Assembly: GCA_041650595.1 (NCBI GenBank)
Contig: JBAZKW010000011.1
Coordinates: forward strand, 116-64,115
Length of the DNA stretch: 64,000 nucleotides
Reading direction: 5' to 3'
From: Candidatus Margulisiibacteriota bacterium
GTDB lineage: Bacteria > Margulisbacteria > WOR-1 > JAKLHX01
The notes under the pieces are model-generated. The model had not been told where the DNA came from. It was given only the letters and a program-made list of their open reading frames with translations, and did no database searches. Below are positions 1 through 9,112 of this stretch, piece after piece; position 1 is the first letter of the stretch, and each line of letters starts with the position of its first letter. Position numbers and translations under genes: made by a program.

Positions 1-1514
1 ATCCTGATCTTCCTGTTCGGCTCAGATCCGAAGGACTGCGCTTTTAGGCCGTAGCGCTCTATAAGCTGGTGCTGAAGCCTTCTTATATAAGAGTTTTGCG
101 GAGCAAGATCGACAGGCTTTCCCGTAGATTTTACGGATACCGCGGCTTTTTCGACTTCTTCGGACGCGGAGTTTTCGAGTATATCGGTATCAAATATCCT
201 GAAATACCCTTTTAAAAAACGGTTTATCTGCGGATGGGTCTTGTTCTTTATAACATGAACAGGAAGATTGTGTTCCCTGGCAATTTTTAGTATTTTTGAT
301 CCCTGCACCGCTTTGGACCTTATTGCCAAAACAACATTGGCTTCGTCCGGAGAATCCACCACTTCGGCATCCACACCCAATGCGCTTATGCATTTTTCAA
401 GCGCGCTGTTATTTATGCCGAACGGGAAAATTTTTACCAGGTCATCCTGTTTTTGGACTATGGCCGCTTCTATGGCTTCGTTGGACATTTCAGGCATAGC
501 CTCTTGTGTGGGTATCTGTTTTATCTCGATCTCTCCGTCAGGCTTCCTAATTCGCACTTCGGGAAGCGGGATCTTGCCCCTCAAAAGAAAATCGACAGCT
601 GCCGCCGTATCATGGTAAACTGCCATTTCGTCCCTTTGGCGTATTTCGATTACGATATCAAAAGTTGGCGGAGCTTTTCTCTCCAGCACTGCTTTTTGGG
701 TCTTGCGGCGCTTTGCCTCTTCATCCCCCAAAATGACGGTCTGAATTCCGCCGATCAGATCGCTAAGTGTGGGATTTGATATAAGATTGTCAAGCGTAAT
801 ACCGTGAGCTGTGCCAATCAGCACTACTCCCCTTTCAGCTATCGTCCGTGCGGCTTCGGACTCGGCTTGCGTGCCGATCTCATCGATAATTATGACTTCC
901 GGCATGTGATTTTCTACTGCTTCGATCATCACTGCGTGCTGTTTGTCGGGAGAAGGTACCTGCATCCTGCGCGCTTTGCCTATGCCCTCATGCGGAATGT
1001 CTCCATCCCCGGCTATTTCATTGCTTGTATCTACAACTATGACCCTTTTTCCCATCTCGCCGCTCAGCACCCTGGCGGATTCCCTGAGCTTTGTTGTCTT
1101 GCCTATACCCGGAGGCCCGAGGAACAAAATACTTTTGTTGGAGCGGATTATGTCCTTTATTATATCTATCGTTCCGTAGGCTGCTCTGCCTACCCTGCAG
1201 GTAAGGCCTATTATCTTGCCTGTCCGGTTGCGGATAGCTGAGATCCTGTGAAGCGTCCTTTCGATCCCGGCGCGGTTGTCGGCGGTGAATTTGCCCAGTT
1301 TGGAAGAGACATAATCTATGTCTTCCTGGGCTACGATCTCGTCTTCAAGATAGAATACTTTTTTTTCAAAACGGATCTCGGGGATCTTTCCAAGGTCCAG
1401 TATCACTTCTATCATGTCGGAAAAGTCCATTGAAGAATATATCTTGTCTTTTATGCGCGGGGGCAGGACTTCGAGCAGGCTTTTTAAGGCGTCTGATATC
1501 CTTATTTCTGCCAC
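1..1514 (-). CDS. R3H-domain AAA ATPase (Ycf45/SpoIIIAA-like), 3' end cut by window edge
   Basis: Absent from the ORF track because there is no stop inside the window. Manual minus-strand translation from GTG at 1514 stays open to position 1 (at least 504 aa). It shows Walker A LGPPGIGKTT, Walker B VIIIDEIG and an R3H-like C-terminal segment SYIRRLQHQLIERYGL. Confidence 0.7.
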   Translation of the reverse strand, partial: MAEIRISDALKSLLEVLPPRIKDKIYSSMDFSDMIEVILDLGKIPEIRFEKKVFYLEDEIVAQEDIDYVSSKLGKFTADNRAGIERTLHRISAIRNRTGKIIGLTCRVGRAAYGTIDIIKDIIRSNKSILFLGPPGIGKTTKLRESARVLSGEMGKRVIVVDTSNEIAGDGDIPHEGIGKARRMQVPSPDKQHAVMIEAVENHMPEVIIIDEIGTQAESEAARTIAERGVVLIGTAHGITLDNLISNPTLSDLIGGIQTVILGDEEAKRRKTQKAVLERKAPPTFDIVIEIRQRDEMAVYHDTAAAVDFLLRGKIPLPEVRIRKPDGEIEIKQIPTQEAMPEMSNEAIEAAIVQKQDDLVKIFPFGINNSALEKCISALGVDAEVVDSPDEANVVLAIRSKAVQGSKILKIAREHNLPVHVIKNKTHPQINRFLKGYFRIFDTDILENSASEEVEKAAVSVKSTGKPVDLAPQNSYIRRLQHQLIERYGLKAQSFGSEPNRKIR

Positions 1515-1793
1515 TTATTTACCTCTTATGGCTTTTTTTAGGTTAAAACCCGCAACAAAGACAGGGCATTTTGTTGCGCTGATCTCCATCTGCTGGCCGG
1601 TCCTCGGATTTCTTCCTATCCTTCCCTTGCGCGTCTTTACCGCAAAATTTCCGAAACCCACAAGCCGTACCTTTTCCCCTTTGGCAAGGGTTTCAGTGAG
1701 CATTTCTATGGCGGCATCCACTATGCGTTCCATCTGTGCCTTTTTGTCCCCGAATTTTGCCGCCAGTTTTTCCGCCAGTTCTTTTTGGTTCAT
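1515..1793 (-). CDS. hup: HU/IHF-family DNA-binding protein
   Basis: 92 aa. Typical HU signature GFGNFAVKTRKGRIGRNPRTGQ. Confidence 0.9.
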   Translation of the reverse strand: MNQKELAEKLAAKFGDKKAQMERIVDAAIEMLTETLAKGEKVRLVGFGNFAVKTRKGRIGRNPRTGQQMEISATKCPVFVAGFNLKKAIRGK

Positions 1794-2731
1794 ATTTTAT
1801 CGCCTCCTCCGAAACAATCACATTTTTTCTTCAAAAGTTCCCATTTTTTATCTATCTCGGCCTGAAGATCTTCCAGTAATTTTGCGTTCTCGGGCTTAAA
1901 GAGATGTCTGAACCTGTTCTGCGGCTTCAAAAATTCTATCAAAGGCTTCTTTTCTTTTGGAGTATATGTAATAGTATATTTCCCGTTCTCAACCTCATAA
2001 AGCGGCCAAAAACAGGTATCTACCGCTATTTTGCCAAGCTCTACGGTCTTGTCCATCGGATAACCCCATCCCAGCTGGCACGGTTGGAGCACGTTTATAA
2101 ATTTAGGCCCTCTTATCGACATGGCTTTTTCGACTTTTTTAGTAAGATCTCTCCAGTCGCCGACAACACTTTGCGCGGCGTACGGAATATTGTGAGCTAC
2201 CATACATTCGGTCAGATCTTTTCTGGTCATTACCTTTCCCTGTTTTACTTTGCCCGCCGGTTCAGTCGTAGTGTTGGCGCCTCTGGGAGTCGCTCCGGAC
2301 CTTTGTACGGAAGTGTTCATGTAGGCCTGGTTATCGTAACAGACATACAGCATGTCGTGGCCTCTTTCCATCGCTCCCGAAAGAGACTGGAATCCTATGT
2401 CATATGTTCCGCCGTCACCGCCAAATGCTATAAATCTGATGGTATCGTTTATTTTTCCCTGTTTTTTAAGGGAATTATAGGCGGCTTCGACACCGGACAT
2501 GGTAGCGGCGGCATTTTCAAAGGCGCTGTGAAGAAAAGGTGTTTTCCATGCACTAAAAGGGAATATTGTAGTAGAGACTTCGAGACATCCTGTAGCGGAA
2601 ACTACTACTACCGGTTCTTTTACGGCCATAAGGACCTGTCTGACTATTATGGGAGCTCCGCAGCCGGGACACATGCGGTGTCCGCCGGTAAGGCGGTCTT
2701 CCCTTGCCGCTAGTTCTTTTATTGTCGCCAT
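1790..2731 (-). CDS. porB: Pyruvate/2-oxoacid:ferredoxin oxidoreductase beta (TPP-binding) subunit
   Basis: N-terminal CPGCG motif and TPP-binding GGDGGTYDIG. Position in a G-D-A-B operon. Confidence 0.85.
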   Translation of the reverse strand: MATIKELAAREDRLTGGHRMCPGCGAPIIVRQVLMAVKEPVVVVSATGCLEVSTTIFPFSAWKTPFLHSAFENAAATMSGVEAAYNSLKKQGKINDTIRFIAFGGDGGTYDIGFQSLSGAMERGHDMLYVCYDNQAYMNTSVQRSGATPRGANTTTEPAGKVKQGKVMTRKDLTECMVAHNIPYAAQSVVGDWRDLTKKVEKAMSIRGPKFINVLQPCQLGWGYPMDKTVELGKIAVDTCFWPLYEVENGKYTITYTPKEKKPLIEFLKPQNRFRHLFKPENAKLLEDLQAEIDKKWELLKKKCDCFGGGDKI

Positions 2732-3910
2732 TTATCTGACTCCTTTATATTGTATTGGTTCTTTCATCTTTCCGCTTTCTGCAGTATTTTTGAGCTCATC
2801 AAAGATCTCCGTAATATGAGCATGAGTTACTTCTCTGCCCCCGAGACCGGTTATGTAATTTATGATCAGGGGTTTTTGTTTTTTGTCATAGAGGCAGCTT
2901 CTTATTTCATCGTACAGAGGTCCGCCTTTTGCCGAAAACCCGTCACATTTTTCGACGACCGCTACGGCTTTCATACGTTCAAGTTCCGCTGCTATTTCTT
3001 CGCCGGGGAAAGGCCTGTACACTCTTAGTTTCAAAAGTCCGATCTTTACCCCTTTGTCCCTAAATTCGTCAATAACCGATTTGGCCGAACCGGCTACCGA
3101 ACCAAGGCATACTATAGCCATTTCAGCATCGTCCATTTTATATTTTTCGAAAAACCCGTATTCCCTGCCGAATTTCTTGCCATATTCCCTGCCTACTTCA
3201 AGTATTATCTCTTTGGCCGATTTCATGGCTTCGGCTACTTGCACTTTGTGCTCGAAATAATAATTTTGGAGATCAAGAGCTCCGATCGTCACGGGATTTT
3301 TCAGGTCAAGAAGGTTCGTATATGCAGGGAATTTACCAACGTACTCTTTTACCACATCATCGTCCAACATCTCGATCTTTTCAAGACAATGGCTTATTAT
3401 AAACCCGTCAGTCGTGACCATTGTCGGAAGTTTTACTTTGGGATGTTCCGCTATCCTTACTGCCTGGAGCATATTGTCATAGGCTTCCTGGCTGTTCTCC
3501 GAAAATATCTGTATCCAGCCGAAATCCCTTGCCGCAAAAGTATCGCTGTGATCGTTGTGTATGTTTATGGGGCCGCTGAGCGCACGGTTAACCTCGGGCA
3601 TCACTATCGGGAGCCTTAGTGCCGAAGCAATCGGAAGCATCTCGTACATAAGCGCCAGTCCCTGTGATGAAGTACCTGTCATAGCTCTAGCTCCTGCCGC
3701 GGAAGCCGCGATTGTCGCGCTCATCGCGCTGTGTTCGCTCTCCACAGGCACATATTCCGTATTTACCAGCCCATCGGCGACGAACTGCGAAAATATCATT
3801 ACAATTTCAGTAGCCGGAGTTATGGGATATGCGGCCACAACATCCGGATTTATCTGGCGCATAGCCTCAGCCATAGCTTCGTTACCGGTTTTTGCGACAA
3901 CCTGAACCAT
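2732..3910 (-). CDS. porA: Pyruvate/2-oxoacid:ferredoxin oxidoreductase alpha subunit
   Basis: 392 aa. N-terminus GNEAMAEA...AAYPITPATEI is typical of POR alpha. Abuts porB. Confidence 0.85.
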   Translation of the reverse strand: MVQVVAKTGNEAMAEAMRQINPDVVAAYPITPATEIVMIFSQFVADGLVNTEYVPVESEHSAMSATIAASAAGARAMTGTSSQGLALMYEMLPIASALRLPIVMPEVNRALSGPINIHNDHSDTFAARDFGWIQIFSENSQEAYDNMLQAVRIAEHPKVKLPTMVTTDGFIISHCLEKIEMLDDDVVKEYVGKFPAYTNLLDLKNPVTIGALDLQNYYFEHKVQVAEAMKSAKEIILEVGREYGKKFGREYGFFEKYKMDDAEMAIVCLGSVAGSAKSVIDEFRDKGVKIGLLKLRVYRPFPGEEIAAELERMKAVAVVEKCDGFSAKGGPLYDEIRSCLYDKKQKPLIINYITGLGGREVTHAHITEIFDELKNTAESGKMKEPIQYKGVR

Positions 3911-3954
3911 TTAATTTCTCCCTTCAATATTTGGAATTGATCTTTCAATTCATT

Positions 3955-3986
3955 TGTACGGGCGGGTTTAAAACCCGCCCTCTACA
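3955..3986. repeat. REP-like palindrome TGTAcGGGCGGGTTT/AAACCCGCCCtcTACA (family B)
   Basis: Inverted repeat read directly. It lies inside the por operon between porD and porA. Related copies at 25206, 25459 and 47562. Confidence 0.6.
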
Positions 3987-3988
3987 AT

Positions 3989-4276
3989 CTATCTTTCGCT
4001 AACCATCTTTATCGCTTTGACGGGCTTTACAGGACAAACTGTCTCGCATATACCGCAGCCTTTGCAATAGTTAAAATCTATATCGGTCATTTTGCCGTCC
4101 TTTGCATGGATGGCGCTGTCAGGACAATAAATATAGCAGAAAAGGCAGTTTATACAGGTCTTTTCATCTTTTACCGGCCTTTTGGACCTCCAATCACCGG
4201 TATGGAACTGTGTTGCTGAGCCGGCCTTTAAAATGTCTCCTTCAGGAAGTTCCTTCCATCCAAGATCTTGTGCCAT
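3989..4276 (-). CDS. porD: POR delta subunit (2x[4Fe-4S] ferredoxin)
   Basis: Two CxxCxxCxxxCP motifs (CINCLFCYIYCP, CKGCGICETVCP). Confidence 0.85.
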   Translation of the reverse strand: MAQDLGWKELPEGDILKAGSATQFHTGDWRSKRPVKDEKTCINCLFCYIYCPDSAIHAKDGKMTDIDFNYCKGCGICETVCPVKPVKAIKMVSER

Positions 4277-4277
4277 C

Positions 4278-4856
4278 TTATTCCCCTTTCACTTCGTCAT
4301 AAGCTCTTTTTACCGCGTTCAGATTCCCCTCGATTACTTCGGGCTTTGACACAAATTTTTTAGCAAGTTTTTTCTTAAGGTCATCAATCATGTGGTTAAA
4401 ATCAAGCAACCCTGTAGCTTTTATAAGAGCTCCGAGCATCGGCGTATTAGGGATGTCCTTGCCGATAGTCTCTTTTGATATTTTTGAAGCATCGACCGCA
4501 AAGACTTTTCCGCCTTTGAACTTGATCATTTCCCTTACTTCTTTTGCCGATGACGGCGTATTGACAATGATCACGCCTTCTGAAGGAAGCCCTTTGGTAA
4601 CGTCTATTGTTCCTATTAGTGTCGGGTCAAGAACTAATACTATGTTCGGTTCGGTTATTCCGTAGTGGATGGTAATGGGGTCGGCGCTTATCCTGTTAAA
4701 AGAGGCGACAGGCGCGCCCATTCTTTCAGGGCCGTACTCCGGGAATGCCTGGATATATTTTCCAAGGCTCATAGCCGCGTCCCCCAGCAAAAGAGCGGCA
4801 GTTTTAGCCCCCTGCCCGCCTCTCCCGTGCCATCTTATCTCGGTTATTTGTTTCAT
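4278..4856 (-). CDS. porG: POR gamma subunit
   Basis: 192 aa. RWHGRGGQGAKTAA motif typical of the gamma subunit. Confidence 0.85.
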   Translation of the reverse strand: MKQITEIRWHGRGGQGAKTAALLLGDAAMSLGKYIQAFPEYGPERMGAPVASFNRISADPITIHYGITEPNIVLVLDPTLIGTIDVTKGLPSEGVIIVNTPSSAKEVREMIKFKGGKVFAVDASKISKETIGKDIPNTPMLGALIKATGLLDFNHMIDDLKKKLAKKFVSKPEVIEGNLNAVKRAYDEVKGE

Positions 4857-5561
4857 CTACACAGTCCACCTTTCTATTATCGCTATTATTTTTGATCCTG
4901 CGGTCATTTGTAATAATAGCACCAAAAATACTGCTGTAAAAGAGGCCAAAAGCGCTTTTGATTTAGAAAGCCCGTAAATTTTTCTCATTGCTATGCTCCA
5001 AAGCCCCCACAGATAGAAGATCAGCACTACAAAGAGCAGGTTAAGCCCTACTTCCAGGTTTTGCTGCGAAAGGGCCTTGTATCTTGTTGCCATGGCAATG
5101 ACAGGCACAAGAGAAAAAGGGATAAGCACGGCTCCGCTGTAAAAGGATGCTTTTATCATACTTTGGAGATCGCCTGTTTCGCCGAACTTACCTGCTGCAT
5201 AATTTAGCAGCAAGGATATCAGGTAAAAAAATGAAAATACGAGGCCCATTATTACCGAGCCGGCGATCATATAGATCATAACGAAGAAAATAAAGCAGAA
5301 AAAAGAGAACAACGGAATGATTATTGCCAGTTTTGCTCCGCTTATGCCTACGATAAGAACCGATACCATGGGTAGGATCGTTGCCGTGAATACAAAGACC
5401 GACATAAGGAATGAAAATATACAGCAGGATATAAGAAGGAATGTGACAGGCTTATCCTTTAGGGGGCCTTGTTCCATACGGGTAAAGAAGAATATCGGCC
5501 TGAAAAGTATCTTAATCAGATCATCCTTATACCAGCCTAACAGTCCTTCCGTCATAAACAA
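4857..5561 (-). CDS. Multi-pass membrane protein (possibly Yip1-domain-like)
   Basis: 234 aa with about 5 long hydrophobic segments. Translationally coupled between recR and porG. Family assignment is uncertain. Confidence 0.45.
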   Translation of the reverse strand: MFMTEGLLGWYKDDLIKILFRPIFFFTRMEQGPLKDKPVTFLLISCCIFSFLMSVFVFTATILPMVSVLIVGISGAKLAIIIPLFSFFCFIFFVMIYMIAGSVIMGLVFSFFYLISLLLNYAAGKFGETGDLQSMIKASFYSGAVLIPFSLVPVIAMATRYKALSQQNLEVGLNLLFVVLIFYLWGLWSIAMRKIYGLSKSKALLASFTAVFLVLLLQMTAGSKIIAIIERWTV

Positions 5562-6148
5562 GCCCTCCCTTCGAGCGATTTTAAAATAGTGGCCTCGTCC
5601 GCGAAATCCATGTCGCAGCCTATAGGCAGACCATAGGCTATGCGGGTCAGTTTTATGCCGAGAGGCTTGATCAGTTTTGTGAGATAAAAGACTGTTGCTT
5701 CGCTTTCCGTGGTCGGGTTGAGCGCCAGTATCACCTCTTCGGTCCCGTCTTTCAGCCTGCGGATAAGCTCTTTTATCCTGAGGTTGTCCGGCCCTACTCC
5801 GTCCAGCGGAGATAGAACCCCTCCTAATATATGGTAGACTCCCCTGTATTCGTTCGTCCTTTCGATAGCGATAAGGTCTTTTGGATCAGAGACCACGCAC
5901 ACTGTTTTTTTGTTCCTGTTATGGTCACTGCAGATCGGACATGGGTCGTTTACGGTAAGGTTAAAACACTGGGAACAGTATTTTATGCCCTTCTTTATTT
6001 TTTCGAGTGCCGACCGCAGAGATTCAACCTCATCTTCGGTTATGCCGAGGATATAGAATGCCAGGCGCTGGGCCGACTTTGGTCCGATCCCGGGCATTTT
6101 TTTAAATTCTTCTATAAGATCATTTACTGGCTGAGGGTAAAAAAGCAT
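5552..6148 (-). CDS. recR: Recombination protein RecR
   Basis: HhH N-terminus (MPGIGPKSAQRLAF), Cys4 zinc finger CSQC...CPIC, Toprim region. Confidence 0.95.
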   Translation of the reverse strand: MLFYPQPVNDLIEEFKKMPGIGPKSAQRLAFYILGITEDEVESLRSALEKIKKGIKYCSQCFNLTVNDPCPICSDHNRNKKTVCVVSDPKDLIAIERTNEYRGVYHILGGVLSPLDGVGPDNLRIKELIRRLKDGTEEVILALNPTTESEATVFYLTKLIKPLGIKLTRIAYGLPIGCDMDFADEATILKSLEGRACL

Positions 6149-6161
6149 TTTTTATTAAGTT

Positions 6162-6473
6162 CTATAAACCGGGTATTTTTAAATTGTCGGTAATAGACTT
6201 CATCTTATTTTGGCTGACCACTTGTGTTTTTTCTATCGCCTCGGCGATCACGCTTTTGATCATTTCCGAAAGCTGTTTTACATCGTTCATGGGAGCAAGT
6301 GCCGGATCGATCTCCAGATTTAAAAGCTTGAATTGCCCGTTCATGGTTGCCTTTACCGCGCCGCGGCCTGCTCCTGTGGTAATGATCTCTTTTTCAAGGG
6401 CCTCCGCTGTTTGCTTAATATCTTTTTGCATTTTAAACAGCTTGCTCATCATCTCCGCTGCTATTTCGCCCAT
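6162..6473 (-). CDS. ybaB: Nucleoid-associated protein YbaB/EbfC
   Basis: 103 aa. Conserved dnaX-ybaB-recR gene order and typical sequence (GAGRGAVKATMNG). Confidence 0.9.
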   Translation of the reverse strand: MGEIAAEMMSKLFKMQKDIKQTAEALEKEIITTGAGRGAVKATMNGQFKLLNLEIDPALAPMNDVKQLSEMIKSVIAEAIEKTQVVSQNKMKSITDNLKIPGL

Positions 6474-6494
6474 TGTTCTTCTCCTTTCAAAAGT

Positions 6495-7988
6495 TTATGA
6501 AACCACAGTCCCGTCGAACAGTTCTTCTATATCGGCGACCGAAACTGCCGCGGGGATTTCTGTTTTTTGAGACGGAGCTTTTACCTCACTCATTATACAC
6601 GATACCGAAATGTTCCTGCCGGCCACTCCGCTTACGCACTCTTCCAAAAGGACCTTGTTCTTAGGATCTTCTATCCTGGATTTGTGGAAAGAATAACCTT
6701 TTTTAAAACTTATGATAAGCCTGCCATTTTTGTCCAGTTCGAGCGGTTCAGCCTCGTGAAGGGAGACATACCCGAACGGGCTTTTGCTTTTCATCTTTTC
6801 AAGTATCTCGCCCCATCCGGCTTTTATGGAAGAAATAAGCCCTCCTCCGGTTTCCTGAGCAACAGGTTTTTCCGCAGTCTTGTGCACGGAGACTTCAGGA
6901 ACTGCCTCTGTGCCCGTGCAGAGTTCTATCAGCGTCATCTCAAGCAACATGCGCAGAGACCTGTGCCATTTCATCTCGGCATCAGCGGAAGAAAGTTTTT
7001 TTACAATCTCTTTAAGCCTTGAAAGCGGAACTTTTGCACTGTCTGCTTTTAATGCTTCTACCTGGTTCTTGGGTATTTCAAGTATTTCGGTGCTGCCTAT
7101 TTTTGTCAAAAGAAGGTTCCTGAAATGCCACAGGAGATCTTTTGTCAGTTGAGGCACTGCTACTCCCTCTAGAATGGCTTTGTCCACAAGGCTGACAGCT
7201 TTTTTTTCAGAGCCCTCCAGGACCGCTTTGCCTAGATCGAACAAAAATTGAGGTTCAGAAGTACCCAACACCTCGGTTACGTTTTCAAGCTTAATGGTAT
7301 CTCCGCAATAGGATGAGAGCTGGTCTATCAAAGAAAGCGCATCCCTCAGTGAGCCTTCGGAAGCCCTGGCAATACTATCGAGCGCTTCGTCTTCTATCTT
7401 TATCTTTTCGGCAGCCGATATCTCTTTCAGATGTTTTACTATGTTTTCAGCGGAGATCCTGCCGAAATCGAACCTTTGGCACCTTGAAGATATAGTGACA
7501 GGGACTTTTTGCGGTTCCGTGGTCGCAAGTATAAAAACAGTATCGGAGGGCGGCTCTTCAAGAGTCTTTAACAAAGCGTTAAAAGCTTCGGGGCTGAGCA
7601 TGTGGACCTCGTCTATTATATAGATCTTGTAAATCCCTTCTACGGGTTTATACGCGATCTTGTCTCTCAGCTCCCTTATATCGTCTATTCCCCTGTTGGA
7701 TGCTGCGTCAATTTCGAAGACATTGATGGCATTGCCTCTGGTTATTTTTATGCACTGGTCGCACTTGCCGCACGGGTTTGCCTTTTTCCTGTCAGAGCAG
7801 TTAAGTGCTTTGGCAAATATCCTTGCAGTGGACGTTTTGCCCGTGCCTCTGGGCCCGGTAAACAGATATGCGTGCGCGATCCTGCTGTTGTTTATCGCAT
7901 TTTTGAGCGTTGAGACTATCGGGTCCTGGCCGATTATTTCGTCAAAATCCTGCGACCTATACTTTCTGTAGAGCGAAATATGGGACAT
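6495..7988 (-). CDS. dnaX: DNA polymerase III subunit gamma/tau
   Basis: Walker A GPRGTGKTS, zinc module CGKCDQC, DEVHML, SRCQRF sensor motif. Confidence 0.95.
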   Translation of the reverse strand: MSHISLYRKYRSQDFDEIIGQDPIVSTLKNAINNSRIAHAYLFTGPRGTGKTSTARIFAKALNCSDRKKANPCGKCDQCIKITRGNAINVFEIDAASNRGIDDIRELRDKIAYKPVEGIYKIYIIDEVHMLSPEAFNALLKTLEEPPSDTVFILATTEPQKVPVTISSRCQRFDFGRISAENIVKHLKEISAAEKIKIEDEALDSIARASEGSLRDALSLIDQLSSYCGDTIKLENVTEVLGTSEPQFLFDLGKAVLEGSEKKAVSLVDKAILEGVAVPQLTKDLLWHFRNLLLTKIGSTEILEIPKNQVEALKADSAKVPLSRLKEIVKKLSSADAEMKWHRSLRMLLEMTLIELCTGTEAVPEVSVHKTAEKPVAQETGGGLISSIKAGWGEILEKMKSKSPFGYVSLHEAEPLELDKNGRLIISFKKGYSFHKSRIEDPKNKVLLEECVSGVAGRNISVSCIMSEVKAPSQKTEIPAAVSVADIEELFDGTVVS

Positions 7989-7990
7989 GT

Positions 7991-9109
7991 TTAACTCCTG
8001 TAAATTCGCGGCACACGTTTGCCTATACCGCAGACGACCTCATAATTTATGGTCCCGTCAAGCCGGGCAATATCTCCGGCGGTTATTTCTTCACTCCCGT
8101 CCGTACCTATCAAGACAGCTTCGTCGCCAACTTCTATTTTATCAAAACCTGTCTCAACCATTGTCATGTCCATCGTTACATTTCCGGCGATATGATATTT
8201 TTTGCCTTTAATAAGAACGGAGCCTTTGTTCGACAATCCTCGCGATAGCCCGTCGGCATATCCTACCGGCAATGTTGCGATCCTTGTGTCAGAAGCGGTG
8301 TAATAAGAGGCTCCGTAGCTTACCGAGGTATTTTTCGGGACTTCTTTTATATATAGCACTTTTGTCTTAAAAGAAAGCACCGGTTCTATTTTGGGCCCGT
8401 TGCCGTTGTTCTCAAAAGGTTTTAGTCCGTAAATGCATATCCCTACCCTTACCATATCAAGCCTGGTCTGAGGAAAATTGATCATTGCGGCGCTGTTGGC
8501 GGCGTGAAGTATGGGGATCTTGATCCCCGCGGCTTTTACCGATGAAACGATCTTGTTGAATTTACTAAATTGTTCCATGGTAAATGTGCTTTCGGTGTCA
8601 TCAGCTTTGGCAAAGTGAGTAAAAACACCTTCAAGCTCGATACCGGGAAGTGCTGCGATCTTTTCTATGAGCGCCTTTGCCTTATCCGGAAGAACGCCCA
8701 CCCTTGACATTCCCGTATCTATTTTTACGTGTACCTTTGCTTTTGAGCGTCTTTGCAGGGCTATGTCCGATAAAAGTTGTGCCAGATCAAATGTATAGAC
8801 AGTTTGGGTGATCCCGGCATCAAGGACCCTTTCCACATGGGCATGCGGAGTTTCGCTGAGTATAAGTATAGGGGCCTTTATCGATGAAGACCTAAGTTCG
8901 AGTGCTTCTCCCAAAGACGCTACTCCAAAATAGTCGGCGCCGGCGCTTTCGGCGGCTTTGGAGATCTCGACCGATCCGTGTCCGTAAGCGTTGGCTTTTA
9001 CTATTGCCATCAGCCTGACGTTTGGAGAGATCTCCTTTTTTATCTCACGCACATTACTTTTTAATTGATTCAGGTCTATTTCGGCATATGTGGGCCTAAA
9101 CGGTTCCAT
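7991..9109 (-). CDS. alr: Alanine racemase
   Basis: PLP-lysine motif AIVKANAYGHG. 372 aa. Confidence 0.9.
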   Translation of the reverse strand: MEPFRPTYAEIDLNQLKSNVREIKKEISPNVRLMAIVKANAYGHGSVEISKAAESAGADYFGVASLGEALELRSSSIKAPILILSETPHAHVERVLDAGITQTVYTFDLAQLLSDIALQRRSKAKVHVKIDTGMSRVGVLPDKAKALIEKIAALPGIELEGVFTHFAKADDTESTFTMEQFSKFNKIVSSVKAAGIKIPILHAANSAAMINFPQTRLDMVRVGICIYGLKPFENNGNGPKIEPVLSFKTKVLYIKEVPKNTSVSYGASYYTASDTRIATLPVGYADGLSRGLSNKGSVLIKGKKYHIAGNVTMDMTMVETGFDKIEVGDEAVLIGTDGSEEITAGDIARLDGTINYEVVCGIGKRVPRIYRS

Positions 9110-9112
9110 TAT

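Noticed and set aside
7200-7207. A8 run (GAA AAA AAA G on the coding strand) in dnaX as a possible gamma-subunit frameshift or slippage site
   Set aside because: It lies at codons 261-263, inside domain III. The -1 frame has no nearby stop. The +1 frame would truncate at about 273 aa, too short for a functional gamma subunit.
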